64,000 nucleotides of DNA from the NCBI GenBank assembly GCA_964417755.1, contig CAYQJH010000002.1, positions 2,693-66,692 of the forward strand, read 5' to 3'. Each line of letters opens with the position of its first letter. Position 1 is the stretch's first letter. This DNA is from an uncultured Planctomycetaceae bacterium (GTDB lineage: Bacteria; Planctomycetota; Phycisphaerae; SM23-33). The notes under the pieces were generated by a model, which was not told where the DNA came from, did not search any database, and saw only the letters and a list, made by a program, of their open reading frames with translations. A program made the position numbers and the translations under genes. Positions 27,948-37,761 of the stretch are shown piece by piece.

Positions 27948-29761
27948 ACCAGGCGGCGTGGAGGAAGGCTGTCTTGTCGCGGACTCAACAAGATGTCGTT
28001 GCACCCGCTGGCGGCGCGGCCGCTGCCGAGGTGGAATTCGCCGAACTCTGGCGGCCATCCGGCGACGCGCAATTGCCGCGCGGCCCGGAGCGCATCCTCC
28101 TCCAGAAGGGCTACATCACTCAGCAGCAACTGGACCAGGCAGTGGCCCGCCAGCGCGAGAACCCCCGGCTGAGCGTCTTGCAGGCGCTTGTGCAGGCTGA
28201 GGCAATCAATGAAGTACTCGCCCTTCAGGCGGTGGCGGCATTTTTCAAGCTGCCCTTCAAGCGCATCAAGACAGCCGACGTTGACGCCAAACAACTGGAC
28301 CTGCTCGGCATCGAATTCCTCAAGGCCAAGCAGATCCTGCCTATCTGCAAGAACGAGCATGGGCTGCTGGTGGGCATAAGCGACCCGGCTGACATATTCC
28401 TCATCGACGACCTCAAGCGCCGCGTGCGATGCCAGCTTCGCCTGGTGGTCGTGCCGCCGGCGGATATCCTACAGGTCATCGAGGAACTTTCCAGCACGCC
28501 GGTTCAGCAGGTCGACGAGATCATCAAGGACATCACCGAAGACGCCGTTGAAGTGGTGGACAAGAAGGCGGAGGAAGTCGCCGACCTGGAGAAGATCGCC
28601 GGCGAAAGCCCAGTTATCCGCTACGTGAATTATCTCATCGCCTTCGCCGTCAAGGAAGGCGCCAGCGATATTCACATCGAGCCGGGCGAGGAGCGACTGC
28701 GCATCCGCCTGCGAATCGACGGCGTGCTCTTCGAGCAGCAGGCGCCGCCGCTGCAGATGCATGCAGCCATTATCTCGCGGCTGAAGATCATGGCCAATCT
28801 CGACATATCAGAGCGTCGTCTGCCCCAGGATGGGCGCATCCGCGCTGCAGTGCACGGGCGCAACGTCGATCTTCGCGTCAGTACGCTGCCGATTACGCAC
28901 GGCGAGAAATGCGTTATTCGTATTCTTGACAACCGCTCGATCCTCGTAGGCCTGGAAAACCTGGGCATGTGGAGCGACTGCCTTGCAGCCTTCCGCGAGC
29001 AGATCGTCCAGCCGCACGGCATCGTGCTGGTCACCGGACCGACCGGCAGCGGCAAGACGACGACGCTGTACTCGGCATTGCAGGTTATGGATGGCGACAA
29101 GCTCAACATCTCCACCGTGGAAGACCCGGTGGAATATGAACTGGGCTTCACCAACCAGGTCAACGTGCATGAGAGCATAGGCATGACCTTCGCAGCTGCC
29201 CTGCGCAGCCTGCTGCGCCAGGACCCTGATGTGGTCATGATCGGCGAGATTCGCGACGCCGAGACGGCGCGGATCGCCATCCAGGCCTCGCTGACCGGCC
29301 ACCTGGTGTTATCGACGCTGCACACGAATGATGCGCCCAGCAGCATCACGCGGCTGATCAATATCGGCGTGGAGCCTTATCTTATCAGTGCATCGCTGAA
29401 CGCCGTGGTTGCGCAGAGACTGGTGCGGAAGATATGTGAGAACTGCAAGGCGCCGATGACGAATCGCCGCGAGACCATCGCCGCCTACCTGCGGAAGTTC
29501 AATGCCGAGGGTATCAAGACGTTCCAAGGGGCCGGCTGCGACAAATGCCGCCAGACCGGCTACAAGGGCCGCCTGGGCATCTACGAACTGCTGCTGCTAA
29601 ACGACGATCTGCGCGACGTTGTGACCAGCAACCCGACATTGACGGAGATGCGCCGCAAGGCCTATGAAGCCGGCATGCGGTCCTTGCGAGAAGACGGCCT
29701 GCTGAAGGTTTCCGAAGGCCTGACGACGGTCGATGAGATCATGCGAGTGACGGAGACATAG
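27944..29761 (+). CDS. pilB: Type IV pilus assembly ATPase PilB (GspE family)
   Basis: Walker A GPTGSGKTTT, GspE N-terminal domain, tetracysteine motif CxxC...CxxC. TTG start overlaps the pilP-like stop. Confidence 0.85.
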   Translation: MNQAAWRKAVLSRTQQDVVAPAGGAAAAEVEFAELWRPSGDAQLPRGPERILLQKGYITQQQLDQAVARQRENPRLSVLQALVQAEAINEVLALQAVAAFFKLPFKRIKTADVDAKQLDLLGIEFLKAKQILPICKNEHGLLVGISDPADIFLIDDLKRRVRCQLRLVVVPPADILQVIEELSSTPVQQVDEIIKDITEDAVEVVDKKAEEVADLEKIAGESPVIRYVNYLIAFAVKEGASDIHIEPGEERLRIRLRIDGVLFEQQAPPLQMHAAIISRLKIMANLDISERRLPQDGRIRAAVHGRNVDLRVSTLPITHGEKCVIRILDNRSILVGLENLGMWSDCLAAFREQIVQPHGIVLVTGPTGSGKTTTLYSALQVMDGDKLNISTVEDPVEYELGFTNQVNVHESIGMTFAAALRSLLRQDPDVVMIGEIRDAETARIAIQASLTGHLVLSTLHTNDAPSSITRLINIGVEPYLISASLNAVVAQRLVRKICENCKAPMTNRRETIAAYLRKFNAEGIKTFQGAGCDKCRQTGYKGRLGIYELLLLNDDLRDVVTSNPTLTEMRRKAYEAGMRSLREDGLLKVSEGLTTVDEIMRVTET

Positions 29762-29782
29762 GAAGGCCCCAGGCTCTTTTGT

Positions 29783-29895
29783 GTGTCGCGGGCGTCTCGC
29801 CCGCGTGTACCGAGGGCATCCTGCCCTCGCTGCCTCCGACAATCCGCAGGCAAGACGCCTGCGGCACACGCGGGCAAGATGCCTGCGACACATGA
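29783..29895. repeat. A-family composite hairpin repeat (TGTCGCGGGCGTCTCGCCCGCG / GTACCGAGGGCATCCTGCCCTCG / CGGGCAAGATGCCCGCGACAC modules)
   Basis: Lies between pilB and pilT inside the pilus operon. More than 12 related copies across the window. Confidence 0.8.
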
Positions 29896-29961
29896 TTGCG
29901 CCGCAGGTTCGGGACCGGATGTTAGCGATATGCTTTCGCCGAACGAGACAAGCAAAGGAAT

Positions 29962-31116
29962 ATGACAATGTCAAACGCGATAATCGATCTGCCTGCCAAC
30001 GAACTGGGCCAGGAGCCTGAACTGCGGACGCCGCCGGTCAGTGATTCCTACCTCATGGACCTGCTGACCAAGGCCCTCAAGTCCAACGCCAGCGACGTGC
30101 ACATCATGGCCGGCCTGCCGCCGCTGTTCCGCACGCATACCGTGCTTGAGCCGGCGCCAGGCTATGGCCTGCTGTCGGCTGAGCAGGTCGAGCAGTTCGT
30201 CAAGGACATGGTCGGCCCCAAACGCTTCGCCCTGCTGCTGGAGAAGCGGGACATCGATTTCTCGACGAAGGTGCCGACGTTCGGGCCATCCCTTGGCCGA
30301 TTCCGCGTCAACGCGCACTTCCAGCGCGACACCATCGCGATAGCCTTCCGAGCCATCAGCGACAAGGTTCCGGAACTGTCCAGCCTGAGCCTGCCGCCGA
30401 TTGTCGAGCGAATGGTTGACCTGCCGCGCGGGCTGATCCTGGTGACCGGTCCGACCGGCTCGGGCAAGAGCACGACGCTGGCGTCGATGATCGACGCGAT
30501 GAACAAGCGATACAACTGCCATGTGATAACGATCGAAGACCCCATCGAGTACATGCTGCACAGCAACAAGTGCATCATTGAGCAGCGCGAGCTTGGCAGC
30601 GACGTGCCAAGCTTCGCCAGCGGCCTGCGGCATGCGCTGCGGCAGGACCCGGACATCATCCTGGTGGGCGAAATGCGCGACCTGGAGACGACCTCGGCTG
30701 CCATCACCGCCGCTGAGACAGGCCACCTCGTGCTCTCGACGCTGCACACGCAGAACGCCTCGCAGACCATCGAGCGTATCATCGACATCTATCCGGCTGA
30801 GCAGCAGAATCAGATCCGTGCAATGCTGTCCAACACGTTGCAGGCGGTCGTCAGCCAAGTGCTCTTCAAGCGCGTGGACGTGCCGGGCATGGTCCCCGCC
30901 TGCGAGGTGATGGTCTGCACGCCGGCGGTGCGCAACTGCATTCGCGAGAACCGCATTCACGAGATTCCCAACATCATCGAGACCAATCGCGCCAGCGGCA
31001 TGTGCACGCTGGATGAATCGATCAAGGCGCTGTACTTCAACGGCCGCATCAGCCGGCAGCAGGCGATTGCCGAGGCCGCCCGGCCTGATGCGCTCAGCAA
31101 GGCGCTGTGCACGTAG
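29962..31116 (+). CDS. pilT: Twitching-motility ATPase PilT
   Basis: Walker A GPTGSGKSTT. PilT-type length (384 aa). Confidence 0.85.
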   Translation: MTMSNAIIDLPANELGQEPELRTPPVSDSYLMDLLTKALKSNASDVHIMAGLPPLFRTHTVLEPAPGYGLLSAEQVEQFVKDMVGPKRFALLLEKRDIDFSTKVPTFGPSLGRFRVNAHFQRDTIAIAFRAISDKVPELSSLSLPPIVERMVDLPRGLILVTGPTGSGKSTTLASMIDAMNKRYNCHVITIEDPIEYMLHSNKCIIEQRELGSDVPSFASGLRHALRQDPDIILVGEMRDLETTSAAITAAETGHLVLSTLHTQNASQTIERIIDIYPAEQQNQIRAMLSNTLQAVVSQVLFKRVDVPGMVPACEVMVCTPAVRNCIRENRIHEIPNIIETNRASGMCTLDESIKALYFNGRISRQQAIAEAARPDALSKALCT

Positions 31117-31314
31117 TTGCTGAAAGCCCCCACCGGAAGGTGGGGGACCCCCGCCTTCCGGCGAGGGCTTTCTGGGTGGCATGGCGGGCGATTTTCCCCG
31201 CCATGCTAGGCGAGTGTGCGACATGGCGGCAGCCGTCTCCCGCTACGCTCGCCGTGCCAAGAACGACGGCCGCCATGCCACCCGAACATGGGTGCAATTG
31301 CAGGATGCAAGACT

Positions 31315-32544
31315 ATGACGACATTAAGTTACAAGTATGAAGTTCGCGATTCATCCGGGCATGTCAACACCGGCGTGATCGAGGCAAGCTCCGCCGCCGA
31401 GGCCAGCCAGCGACTAAAGAGCCAGGGCGGCTATCTGCTGAATATCGCGCCGGTCGCCTCGCCAGCCAGGAACGTGCTGGAGAAACTTCGAAGCGTCCAG
31501 GTGCAGTTGGGCCCCGGCCTGAAGGATATCCAGAGCTTCACCAATCAACTGGCCGTGATGATCAAGGCTGGCATCAGCATCCGCAATGCCGTCAGCGGCA
31601 TCGCCGAGCAGGTGGAGAATCCCAAGTTCCGCGGGATCATCGAGAAGATTCGCTCGGATGTCGAGTCCGGCCAGCCGTTCTCCGACGCCTTGGCCCGCCA
31701 CCCGAAGGTCTTCAGCCCGCTGTACATCAACATGGTTCGGGCGTCGGAACTGTCCGGCAATTTCGGCACGATGCTCGAGCGAATTTCGGCCTACCTGGCC
31801 CAGCAGGTCGAGACGCGCAGCATGGTCCGCGGCGCGATGATCTATCCCGGCATCATCGCCACGATGGCTATATCGACGACCATCTTTCTGCTGACCTTCG
31901 TCCTGCCGAAATTCCAGGCCCTCTTTGCCGGCAAGGAAGACCTCCTGCCGCTGCCTACGAAGGTATTGGTCGGCACCAGCGCGTTCATCCGCGGGTACTG
32001 GCCGGCCATCCTGGGAGTGCTGACGATCCTGGTCATGGGCTTCTTCTACGCGATCCAGACGCCCGTCGGGCGGCGCTACTGGGATATCGTCAAGCTCAAG
32101 ATGCCGCTGTTCAAGAAGATGTTCCGCGCTCTGTATATCACGCGCGGCCTGCACACGATGGGCGAACTCGTGAACGCGGGCGTACCCATGCTCGAGACGC
32201 TCAACATCACGGCTGAGGTCAGCGGCAACACGCTGTATCGATCGATGTGGCAGGACGTGCATAACGGCGTGCAGCAGGGCAGCAAGATCGCCGACCCGCT
32301 AGGCCGGCAGAGAATGCTGCCGCGCAATGTCGTACAGATGATCTCCGCGGGCGAAGAATCCGGCAAACTCGGCGAGGTCATGCGCGACGTGGCTGAATTC
32401 TACGCCCGCGAGCTGCGCAGCACGATCAAGACGGTTACAGCCATGATCGAGCCGATCATGATCGTGGCGATGGGCGGCATCGTTGGCTTTATCGCGATGA
32501 GCATCATCCTGCCGATCTTCAAGATGTCGAGCCTGGTGAAATAG
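31315..32544 (+). CDS. pilC: Type IV pilus platform protein PilC (GspF family)
   Basis: Two GspF repeats with 3+3 TM helices. ATG at 31315. Confidence 0.8.
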   Translation: MTTLSYKYEVRDSSGHVNTGVIEASSAAEASQRLKSQGGYLLNIAPVASPARNVLEKLRSVQVQLGPGLKDIQSFTNQLAVMIKAGISIRNAVSGIAEQVENPKFRGIIEKIRSDVESGQPFSDALARHPKVFSPLYINMVRASELSGNFGTMLERISAYLAQQVETRSMVRGAMIYPGIIATMAISTTIFLLTFVLPKFQALFAGKEDLLPLPTKVLVGTSAFIRGYWPAILGVLTILVMGFFYAIQTPVGRRYWDIVKLKMPLFKKMFRALYITRGLHTMGELVNAGVPMLETLNITAEVSGNTLYRSMWQDVHNGVQQGSKIADPLGRQRMLPRNVVQMISAGEESGKLGEVMRDVAEFYARELRSTIKTVTAMIEPIMIVAMGGIVGFIAMSIILPIFKMSSLVK

Positions 32545-32546
32545 CA

Positions 32547-32637
32547 GCAGGCTACAGGCTATAGGCTACAGACTTCAGGGACGGCAACGACAACGACAAC
32601 GGCAACAGCAGGCTCCCGGCTCCAGGAGCGGCAATGA
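32547..32637. repeat. C-family repeat with (GGCAAC)n tract
   Basis: GCAGGCTACAGGCTATAGGCTACAGACTTCAGGGACGGCAACGACAACGACAACGGCAAC. Homolog of the 2945-3180 element. Confidence 0.7.
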
Positions 32638-32777
32638 GAATGGCCAATCAGGAACATTCATGTTCTGACTCTTCAGGTCGTTCTTCGTGTCTTCGTGTCG
32701 TTGTGGTGAAAGTCGTTCAATCCGCAATCGCCGCAGAAGAATCTTATATTTCATGCAGTGGAACAAAGAGGTAGTTG

Positions 32778-33329
32778 ATGATGCGTTTTAGAAGTCTCAG
32801 GCCACGCTGCTCGTGCAAAGGCAGGAAAGCTGCTGCCAAGGGCTTTTCCCTGGTCGAGGTCGCGGTGGCCACTGCCATTGTTGGAGTCGGAATTGCCGCC
32901 TTGATGACGAGCATCAGCTCGGGCACCATCGTCAATTCATCCGGGCAGAAACTTACGCAGGCCAACTTCCTCGCGCAGGAAATCCGCGAGTGGACGCTGC
33001 GCTTGCCATTTAAGGACCCCGACGTCGGCGATGCGAGTAATCCGCCCGGACCCGATGGAACAAACCCGCAGACGTTTGTCGATGACTTCGATGATCTATA
33101 TGACATCAACGGCCTGACCTTCAACCCGCCACGCGATGGCACGGGGACGGCCATCTCCAACCTATCGGGCTGGTCGCAGACCATCAAACTCTCCTGGCGC
33201 GATGGCAGCAATCTAAGATCCACCGTCTCGCCGGGCTCGAGCGACTTCATCTACGTAGAGGTCATCGTGTCCTTGCAGAATCAGCCGGTCCTGACCACCG
33301 GCTGGCTGGTCTCCAGGAGGACAACATGA
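32778..33329 (+). CDS. Prepilin-type N-terminal cleavage/methylation domain protein (pseudopilin)
   Basis: KGFSLVEVAVATAIVGV class-III signal peptide (G|FSLVE). Confidence 0.7.
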   Translation: MMRFRSLRPRCSCKGRKAAAKGFSLVEVAVATAIVGVGIAALMTSISSGTIVNSSGQKLTQANFLAQEIREWTLRLPFKDPDVGDASNPPGPDGTNPQTFVDDFDDLYDINGLTFNPPRDGTGTAISNLSGWSQTIKLSWRDGSNLRSTVSPGSSDFIYVEVIVSLQNQPVLTTGWLVSRRTT

Positions 33330-33862
33330 TGACTTCAGGAAGGCGTCAGCCTCGCCGACGTGCGGGTCTTAGCCTGGTGGAAGTGCTCCTGAGCCTGGCC
33401 ATCACCGGCATGCTGCTGGGCGCGGTGGCCTTCGCGATGCAGGGCTCGTTCGACAGCTATCGCGAGAATGACGAGATATCGGCTGTCACAGCCACCGCCC
33501 GATCGATCCTGAGCAAGATGGCCCACGAGATTCGCGCCAGCGATGAGACAAGTTGCACCGGCACGAGCGTGTCGATCTTGCCGGTGGCTGACGGCAGCGG
33601 CCTGACGAGGATCGACTACACCTATAGCAACGGCAATCTCAATTACGTCAAGACGGTCGGCGGCACAGCCACCACCTATCCGCTGATCGTCAGCACGGAG
33701 AAGGTAAAGCTGACTTCGTTCACTCCCAGCGCAACTGCCGGCCTTGACGTTGCCAACAACAACTGCAACAAGGTCATCAGGCTGAGCCTCACTTTTACGG
33801 TAGGGGATCAAACCTTCAACGTTACCACCAGCGCCGCGCCAAGACGAAACCAGTTGTGGTAG
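33326..33862 (+). CDS. Prepilin-type N-terminal cleavage/methylation domain protein (pseudopilin)
   Basis: AGLSLVEVLLSLAITGMLLG prepilin N-terminus. 4-nt overlap with the upstream pseudopilin gene. Confidence 0.7.
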   Translation: MMTSGRRQPRRRAGLSLVEVLLSLAITGMLLGAVAFAMQGSFDSYRENDEISAVTATARSILSKMAHEIRASDETSCTGTSVSILPVADGSGLTRIDYTYSNGNLNYVKTVGGTATTYPLIVSTEKVKLTSFTPSATAGLDVANNNCNKVIRLSLTFTVGDQTFNVTTSAAPRRNQLW

Positions 33863-34034
33863 GCAGTACTTTGGAGTGCGGCGGCATAGACGCCGCTTTT
33901 GCCTCAAGTGCCGCTGGGCTTAACCTTCTGCCGTCCCACGTCAGTCAAAGCGGTGCCGCCGCCCTTCGGGCTCTGTCACCGCACTCCAAGGCCCATGATT
34001 GCTTCATCCAAGCCCAGGCGGTAGAATTTCCGCC

Positions 34035-35510
34035 ATGCATCAGCTTCTGCAAAAACTGAATGCGTTCCAGCCGGTACGCGTTGCCTTGGTGGGCGACTTC
34101 ATCCTCGACCGCTATGTCTATGGCGACGTCGAGCGGATCAACCAGGAGGCGCCCGTGCCGGTTCTGCAGATCGTCCGCAGCGCCAGCAGTGTTGGTGGGG
34201 CGGGCAACGTGGCGGCGGCTGTGCCGGCCCTTGACTCGAAGGTCTCCTGCCTGGGCGTCATCGGCTATGACGCCGGCGGAGAGGAACTTAGGCAATTGCT
34301 TGTTGCCGCCGGCGCTGATACGTCGTCGCTGCTGGCCCTGAGAGATCGGCCCACGTCGATCAAGACGCGGTTCGTCGGCCTGGCGCAGCATCGCCATCCG
34401 CAGCAGATGCTCCGCGTGGATCACGAGAATTCGCACGTGCTGGATGCCGCGACGCAGACGCAGCTGCGGCTGGCCTTCGGAAACCTGCTGGCCGGCAGCG
34501 ATATCGTCGTTTTGGAAGACTACAACAAGGGCGTCCTGAGCGACGCCAACACGCCGCACCTGATCGCCGACGCGACGGCCGCCGGCAAGAAGGTCATGGT
34601 CGATCCCGCCTTGGTGAGTGACTACTCGCGATATCGCGGCTGCACGGTTATCAAGCCCAACCGCTACGAGGCTGCCCTGGCCAGCGGAATCAAGATCACG
34701 GATGATGCCTCGCTGGAGGCCGCCGCCCGCAGGATTATCAATATCACAGCCTGCCAGGCCGTCGTCATCTCGCTCGACAAGGAAGGCATGTACCTCTGCA
34801 TCGCCGATGGCAAGGCTGCCCGCATTCCGCATCGCCGGCCTCGCAATGTTTACGATGTAACCGGCGCGGGCGATGAGACGCTTGCGGTGCTGGCGGTGGC
34901 GCTGGCGCAAGGCTGCGATTACCAGCAGGCGGTGGAGTTGTCCAACGTGGCCGGCGGGCTGGAGGTCGAGCGATTCGGCTTTGTGCCTGTTACACGCGCG
35001 GAGATGGCGGCGGAGATAGAAATAATGGTGGGCCTGCGAAGCGCCAAGGTGGTGGATCGCTTCACGCTGGCGCAGGAGCTGCGCCGCAGGCGCGGGCAGG
35101 GGCAGGCGATTGTCTTCACCAACGGCTGTTTCGATCTCTTGCACATGGGGCACGTTCGATATCTCAAGCAGGCACGCGAAATGGGCGACTGCCTCGTGGT
35201 TGCGATCAACTCCGACGCCAGTGTCAGCCGGCTGAAGGGTCCTTCGCGCCCGGTGATATCGCAGCAGGAGCGGGCGGAGATGCTCGGCTCGCTGGAATGC
35301 GTGGATTATGTAACCGTCTTCGACGAGGACACGCCGATTCCACTGCTGGAGATGTTCCGCCCGGACGTGCTGGCCAAGGGCGGCACCACGCCGGTTGTTG
35401 TCGGCAGGGAAATGGTGGAAGCTTACGGCGGCAAGGTGATGACGCTGGACAAGGTTGATGGCCTGAGCACCACGCAGATCATCGAGCGGATAGCTGGCGG
35501 CGGGCAATGA
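34035..35510 (+). CDS. hldE: Bifunctional D-beta-D-heptose 7-phosphate kinase / heptose 1-phosphate adenylyltransferase
   Basis: N-terminal PfkB-type kinase domain. C-terminal cytidylyltransferase motif [13 protein letters not shown]. Confidence 0.85.
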   Translation: MHQLLQKLNAFQPVRVALVGDFILDRYVYGDVERINQEAPVPVLQIVRSASSVGGAGNVAAAVPALDSKVSCLGVIGYDAGGEELRQLLVAAGADTSSLLALRDRPTSIKTRFVGLAQHRHPQQMLRVDHENSHVLDAATQTQLRLAFGNLLAGSDIVVLEDYNKGVLSDANTPHLIADATAAGKKVMVDPALVSDYSRYRGCTVIKPNRYEAALASGIKITDDASLEAAARRIINITACQAVVISLDKEGMYLCIADGKAARIPHRRPRNVYDVTGAGDETLAVLAVALAQGCDYQQAVELSNVAGGLEVERFGFVPVTRAEMAAEIEIMVGLRSAKVVDRFTLAQELRRRRGQGQAIVFTNGCFDLLHMGHVRYLKQAREMGDCLVVAINSDASVSRLKGPSRPVISQQERAEMLGSLECVDYVTVFDEDTPIPLLEMFRPDVLAKGGTTPVVVGREMVEAYGGKVMTLDKVDGLSTTQIIERIAGGGQ

Positions 35511-35561
35511 TGAACGACAGAATCCGAATGCCGAATCAATGACGAAATCAGAATGACGAAT

Positions 35562-36140
35562 ATGGCAACCAAGGCTGTGTTTGTCGACCGCGATCACACG
35601 TTGATCGACGACCCGGGCTATCTCGATAACCCGGACCTGGTGAAACTGCTTCCGGGCGTCGGCGGCGCACTGAAGGCCTTGTCGACAGCTGGGTACAAGA
35701 TCGTAATGGTTACAAACCAGTCCGGCATCGCCAGGGGGCTTCTCACCGAGCAGACGCTGGCGAAGATTCACGAGGAGCTTGGGCGGCAACTGGCTGAGCA
35801 TGGCGCCAGCCTGGACGCCATATATTATTGTCCGTTCCACCCGGAAGGCTCGATCCCGCGATACGCGATGGAGTCGGATCTCCGCAAGCCCAAACCTGGA
35901 ATGCTGTTGCAGGCAGCCAAGGATATGGCCATTGATCTGCCCGCAAGCTGGATGGTTGGCGACGGCGCCCGCGACATCGAGGCGGGCCAGCGGGCCGGCT
36001 GCAGGACTATTCGCCTGCGCCATCCCCAGGCGGACGCGGACTTGCGATGCGAAGATGAGGATGTTCAGGCCGATTTTACCGTTAGGAATCTGGCTGAGGC
36101 GGCCAAGATCATCCTTCGCGAAGACGTGGGACTTCATTAA
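35562..36140 (+). CDS. gmhB: D,D-heptose 1,7-bisphosphate phosphatase (HAD family)
   Basis: FVDRDHTL (DxDxT HAD motif I) and GmhB-like length. Confidence 0.8.
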   Translation: MATKAVFVDRDHTLIDDPGYLDNPDLVKLLPGVGGALKALSTAGYKIVMVTNQSGIARGLLTEQTLAKIHEELGRQLAEHGASLDAIYYCPFHPEGSIPRYAMESDLRKPKPGMLLQAAKDMAIDLPASWMVGDGARDIEAGQRAGCRTIRLRHPQADADLRCEDEDVQADFTVRNLAEAAKIILREDVGLH

Positions 36141-36199
36141 ATTTGCGGTTTATTTGAAATAGGTCTTGCTTTCATGACCGTTGCGGGCATAATCGTATC

Positions 36200-36367
36200 C
36201 GAATCCACCACTTGCCTATTTGCCGATCAAGCTTGTGCGTGTCTCCCGCACTTGCTTGGCCGTCAAGGTCGCCTCGGCGAGGGGGATCGCAGGTATTATT
36301 CTTCATCCTACGTCTGAAGCGGCAAACGTGGTGGCGCGGCGGGCCAAACCCGCCGCGAGTTTTTTAT
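36200..36367 (+). ncRNA. Candidate small RNA with its own promoter and intrinsic terminator
   Basis: TTGCTT (36166-36171), 16/17-nt spacer, CATAAT (36188-36193). A closing stem between 36206-36217 and 36321-36334. No ORF. Terminator at 36335-36367. Confidence 0.4.
36335..36367 (+). terminator. Rho-independent terminator
   Basis: CGCGGCGGG-CCAAA-CCCGCCGCG followed by AGTTTTTTAT. Confidence 0.7.
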
Positions 36368-36476
36368 GAGCCCGGGGCTGAGGAACCACCTGCCGGAGAG
36401 ACACATGCCGCACAGCCAAAGCGAGATCCTTTTCGTATAATGCCAAGGCGTTGCTACTACCTCCAAGGAGCCTGCC

Positions 36477-37658
36477 ATGAGAACGATCATGTTCGCATTC
36501 GTCCTGTGCGTGTCGCTGATTTACCAAGGAACACCTTGCTATTCGCAAAGCGCCACGACGGCTGCCTCCACCGGCGCGGCTGCCGCGGCGGCGATTGACG
36601 CTGCCCATCGCGATGCCGCGCGGAAGATGATCGACGGCGGCATTGCTTATCTGCTGTCCAAGCGCGATGCCGACGGCGGCTGGAGCGTCGGGCCAAACAA
36701 CGCATTCAAGCCCGCAGCCACCGCCCTGGCCCTGAAGGCCTTGCTGGGCGAGCAGAAATACTCGGCCCAGAGCCCGGAGGTCAAGCAGGCGCTGGGCGTC
36801 CTGCTGGGCTTCCGTCAGAAGGACGGCGGCATATATGGCAAGGACGGCCAGTCGGCCTACACTACCGCGGTAGCCGTCATGGCCCTGAAGGCGGCCAACG
36901 ATCCGCAATATAATGATGTCATTCGCGAGGCGGTGACCTACCTCAAAGGCCTGCAGGTTCTGCCCGGGCAGGAGTCGCCCGATGCCAAGCCGGTGGCCGT
37001 CGATGACCCGCGAGTTGGCGGGGTTGGCTATGGCAAGCCGCCCGCCTATCAGCCTAACCTCAGCGTGCTGGGGTTTGTAATGGAAGGCTGGGAGTCTGCC
37101 GGAGTGGCTGCGGATGACCCAGCCGTTCAGAAGGCAGCCGAGTTTCTGACCCGCCTGCAGAATCGCAGTGAGTCCAATCCTCAGGCGGTGGCAGCCAAGG
37201 GCAGCAATGACGGCGGATTCTACTATGCATTAGATGAATCCAAGGCCGGCAGTGAAGACGGCGGCCTGCGTAGTTACGGCAGCATGACATACGTTGGCTT
37301 CAAGAGCATGCTGTACGCCGGGCTGAGCAAGGACGACCCGCGCGTGCAGGCGGCCTACAGTTGGATCCGCCGGTACTGGGGCCTGGACAGCAACCCCAAC
37401 ATGCCCGACAAGCAGTCGCAGCAGGGGCTGTTCTATTATTACCAGGTCCTTGCCAAGGCGCTGCGGGCCTATGGCCAGCCGATCATCAAGGACGCAAAGA
37501 ACCAGGAGCACAACTGGCGGCAGGAACTTATCGATGCCCTGGCCAAGCGCGTGCAGCCTGACGGCTCGTGGAAGAACGACGCCGACCGATGGGAGGAAGG
37601 CAGCCCCATCCTGGTTACAGTCTACTGCGTGACGGCGTTGCAGGAGGCGATGAAGTAA
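36477..37658 (+). CDS. Secreted prenyltransferase/squalene-oxidase-repeat protein
   Basis: Signal peptide and recurring DGGW / QxxDGGxxxxG repeats of the terpenoid-cyclase alpha-alpha toroid fold. Confidence 0.65.
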   Translation: MRTIMFAFVLCVSLIYQGTPCYSQSATTAASTGAAAAAAIDAAHRDAARKMIDGGIAYLLSKRDADGGWSVGPNNAFKPAATALALKALLGEQKYSAQSPEVKQALGVLLGFRQKDGGIYGKDGQSAYTTAVAVMALKAANDPQYNDVIREAVTYLKGLQVLPGQESPDAKPVAVDDPRVGGVGYGKPPAYQPNLSVLGFVMEGWESAGVAADDPAVQKAAEFLTRLQNRSESNPQAVAAKGSNDGGFYYALDESKAGSEDGGLRSYGSMTYVGFKSMLYAGLSKDDPRVQAAYSWIRRYWGLDSNPNMPDKQSQQGLFYYYQVLAKALRAYGQPIIKDAKNQEHNWRQELIDALAKRVQPDGSWKNDADRWEEGSPILVTVYCVTALQEAMK

Positions 37659-37678
37659 AACCTGTAGCCGTTGCCATT

Positions 37679-37748
37679 TGTGGTGCGGACGTCTCGCCTG
37701 CACATGCTGGGCATTGCCGGGATCTGCGGCGGGACGCCTGCACCACAA
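37679..37748. repeat. A-family repeat arranged as an inverted pair
   Basis: GTGGTGCGGACGTCTCGCCTGCA ... GCGGCGGGACGCCTGCACCAC. Confidence 0.75.
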
Positions 37749-37761
37749 TTTCACATCGGCC

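Noticed and set aside
28672-31224. Several minus-strand ORFs over pilB/pilT
   Set aside because: Antisense to genes with Walker motifs.
33945-36137. 730-aa minus-strand ORF
   Set aside because: Antisense to hldE and gmhB, both of which have clear catalytic motifs.
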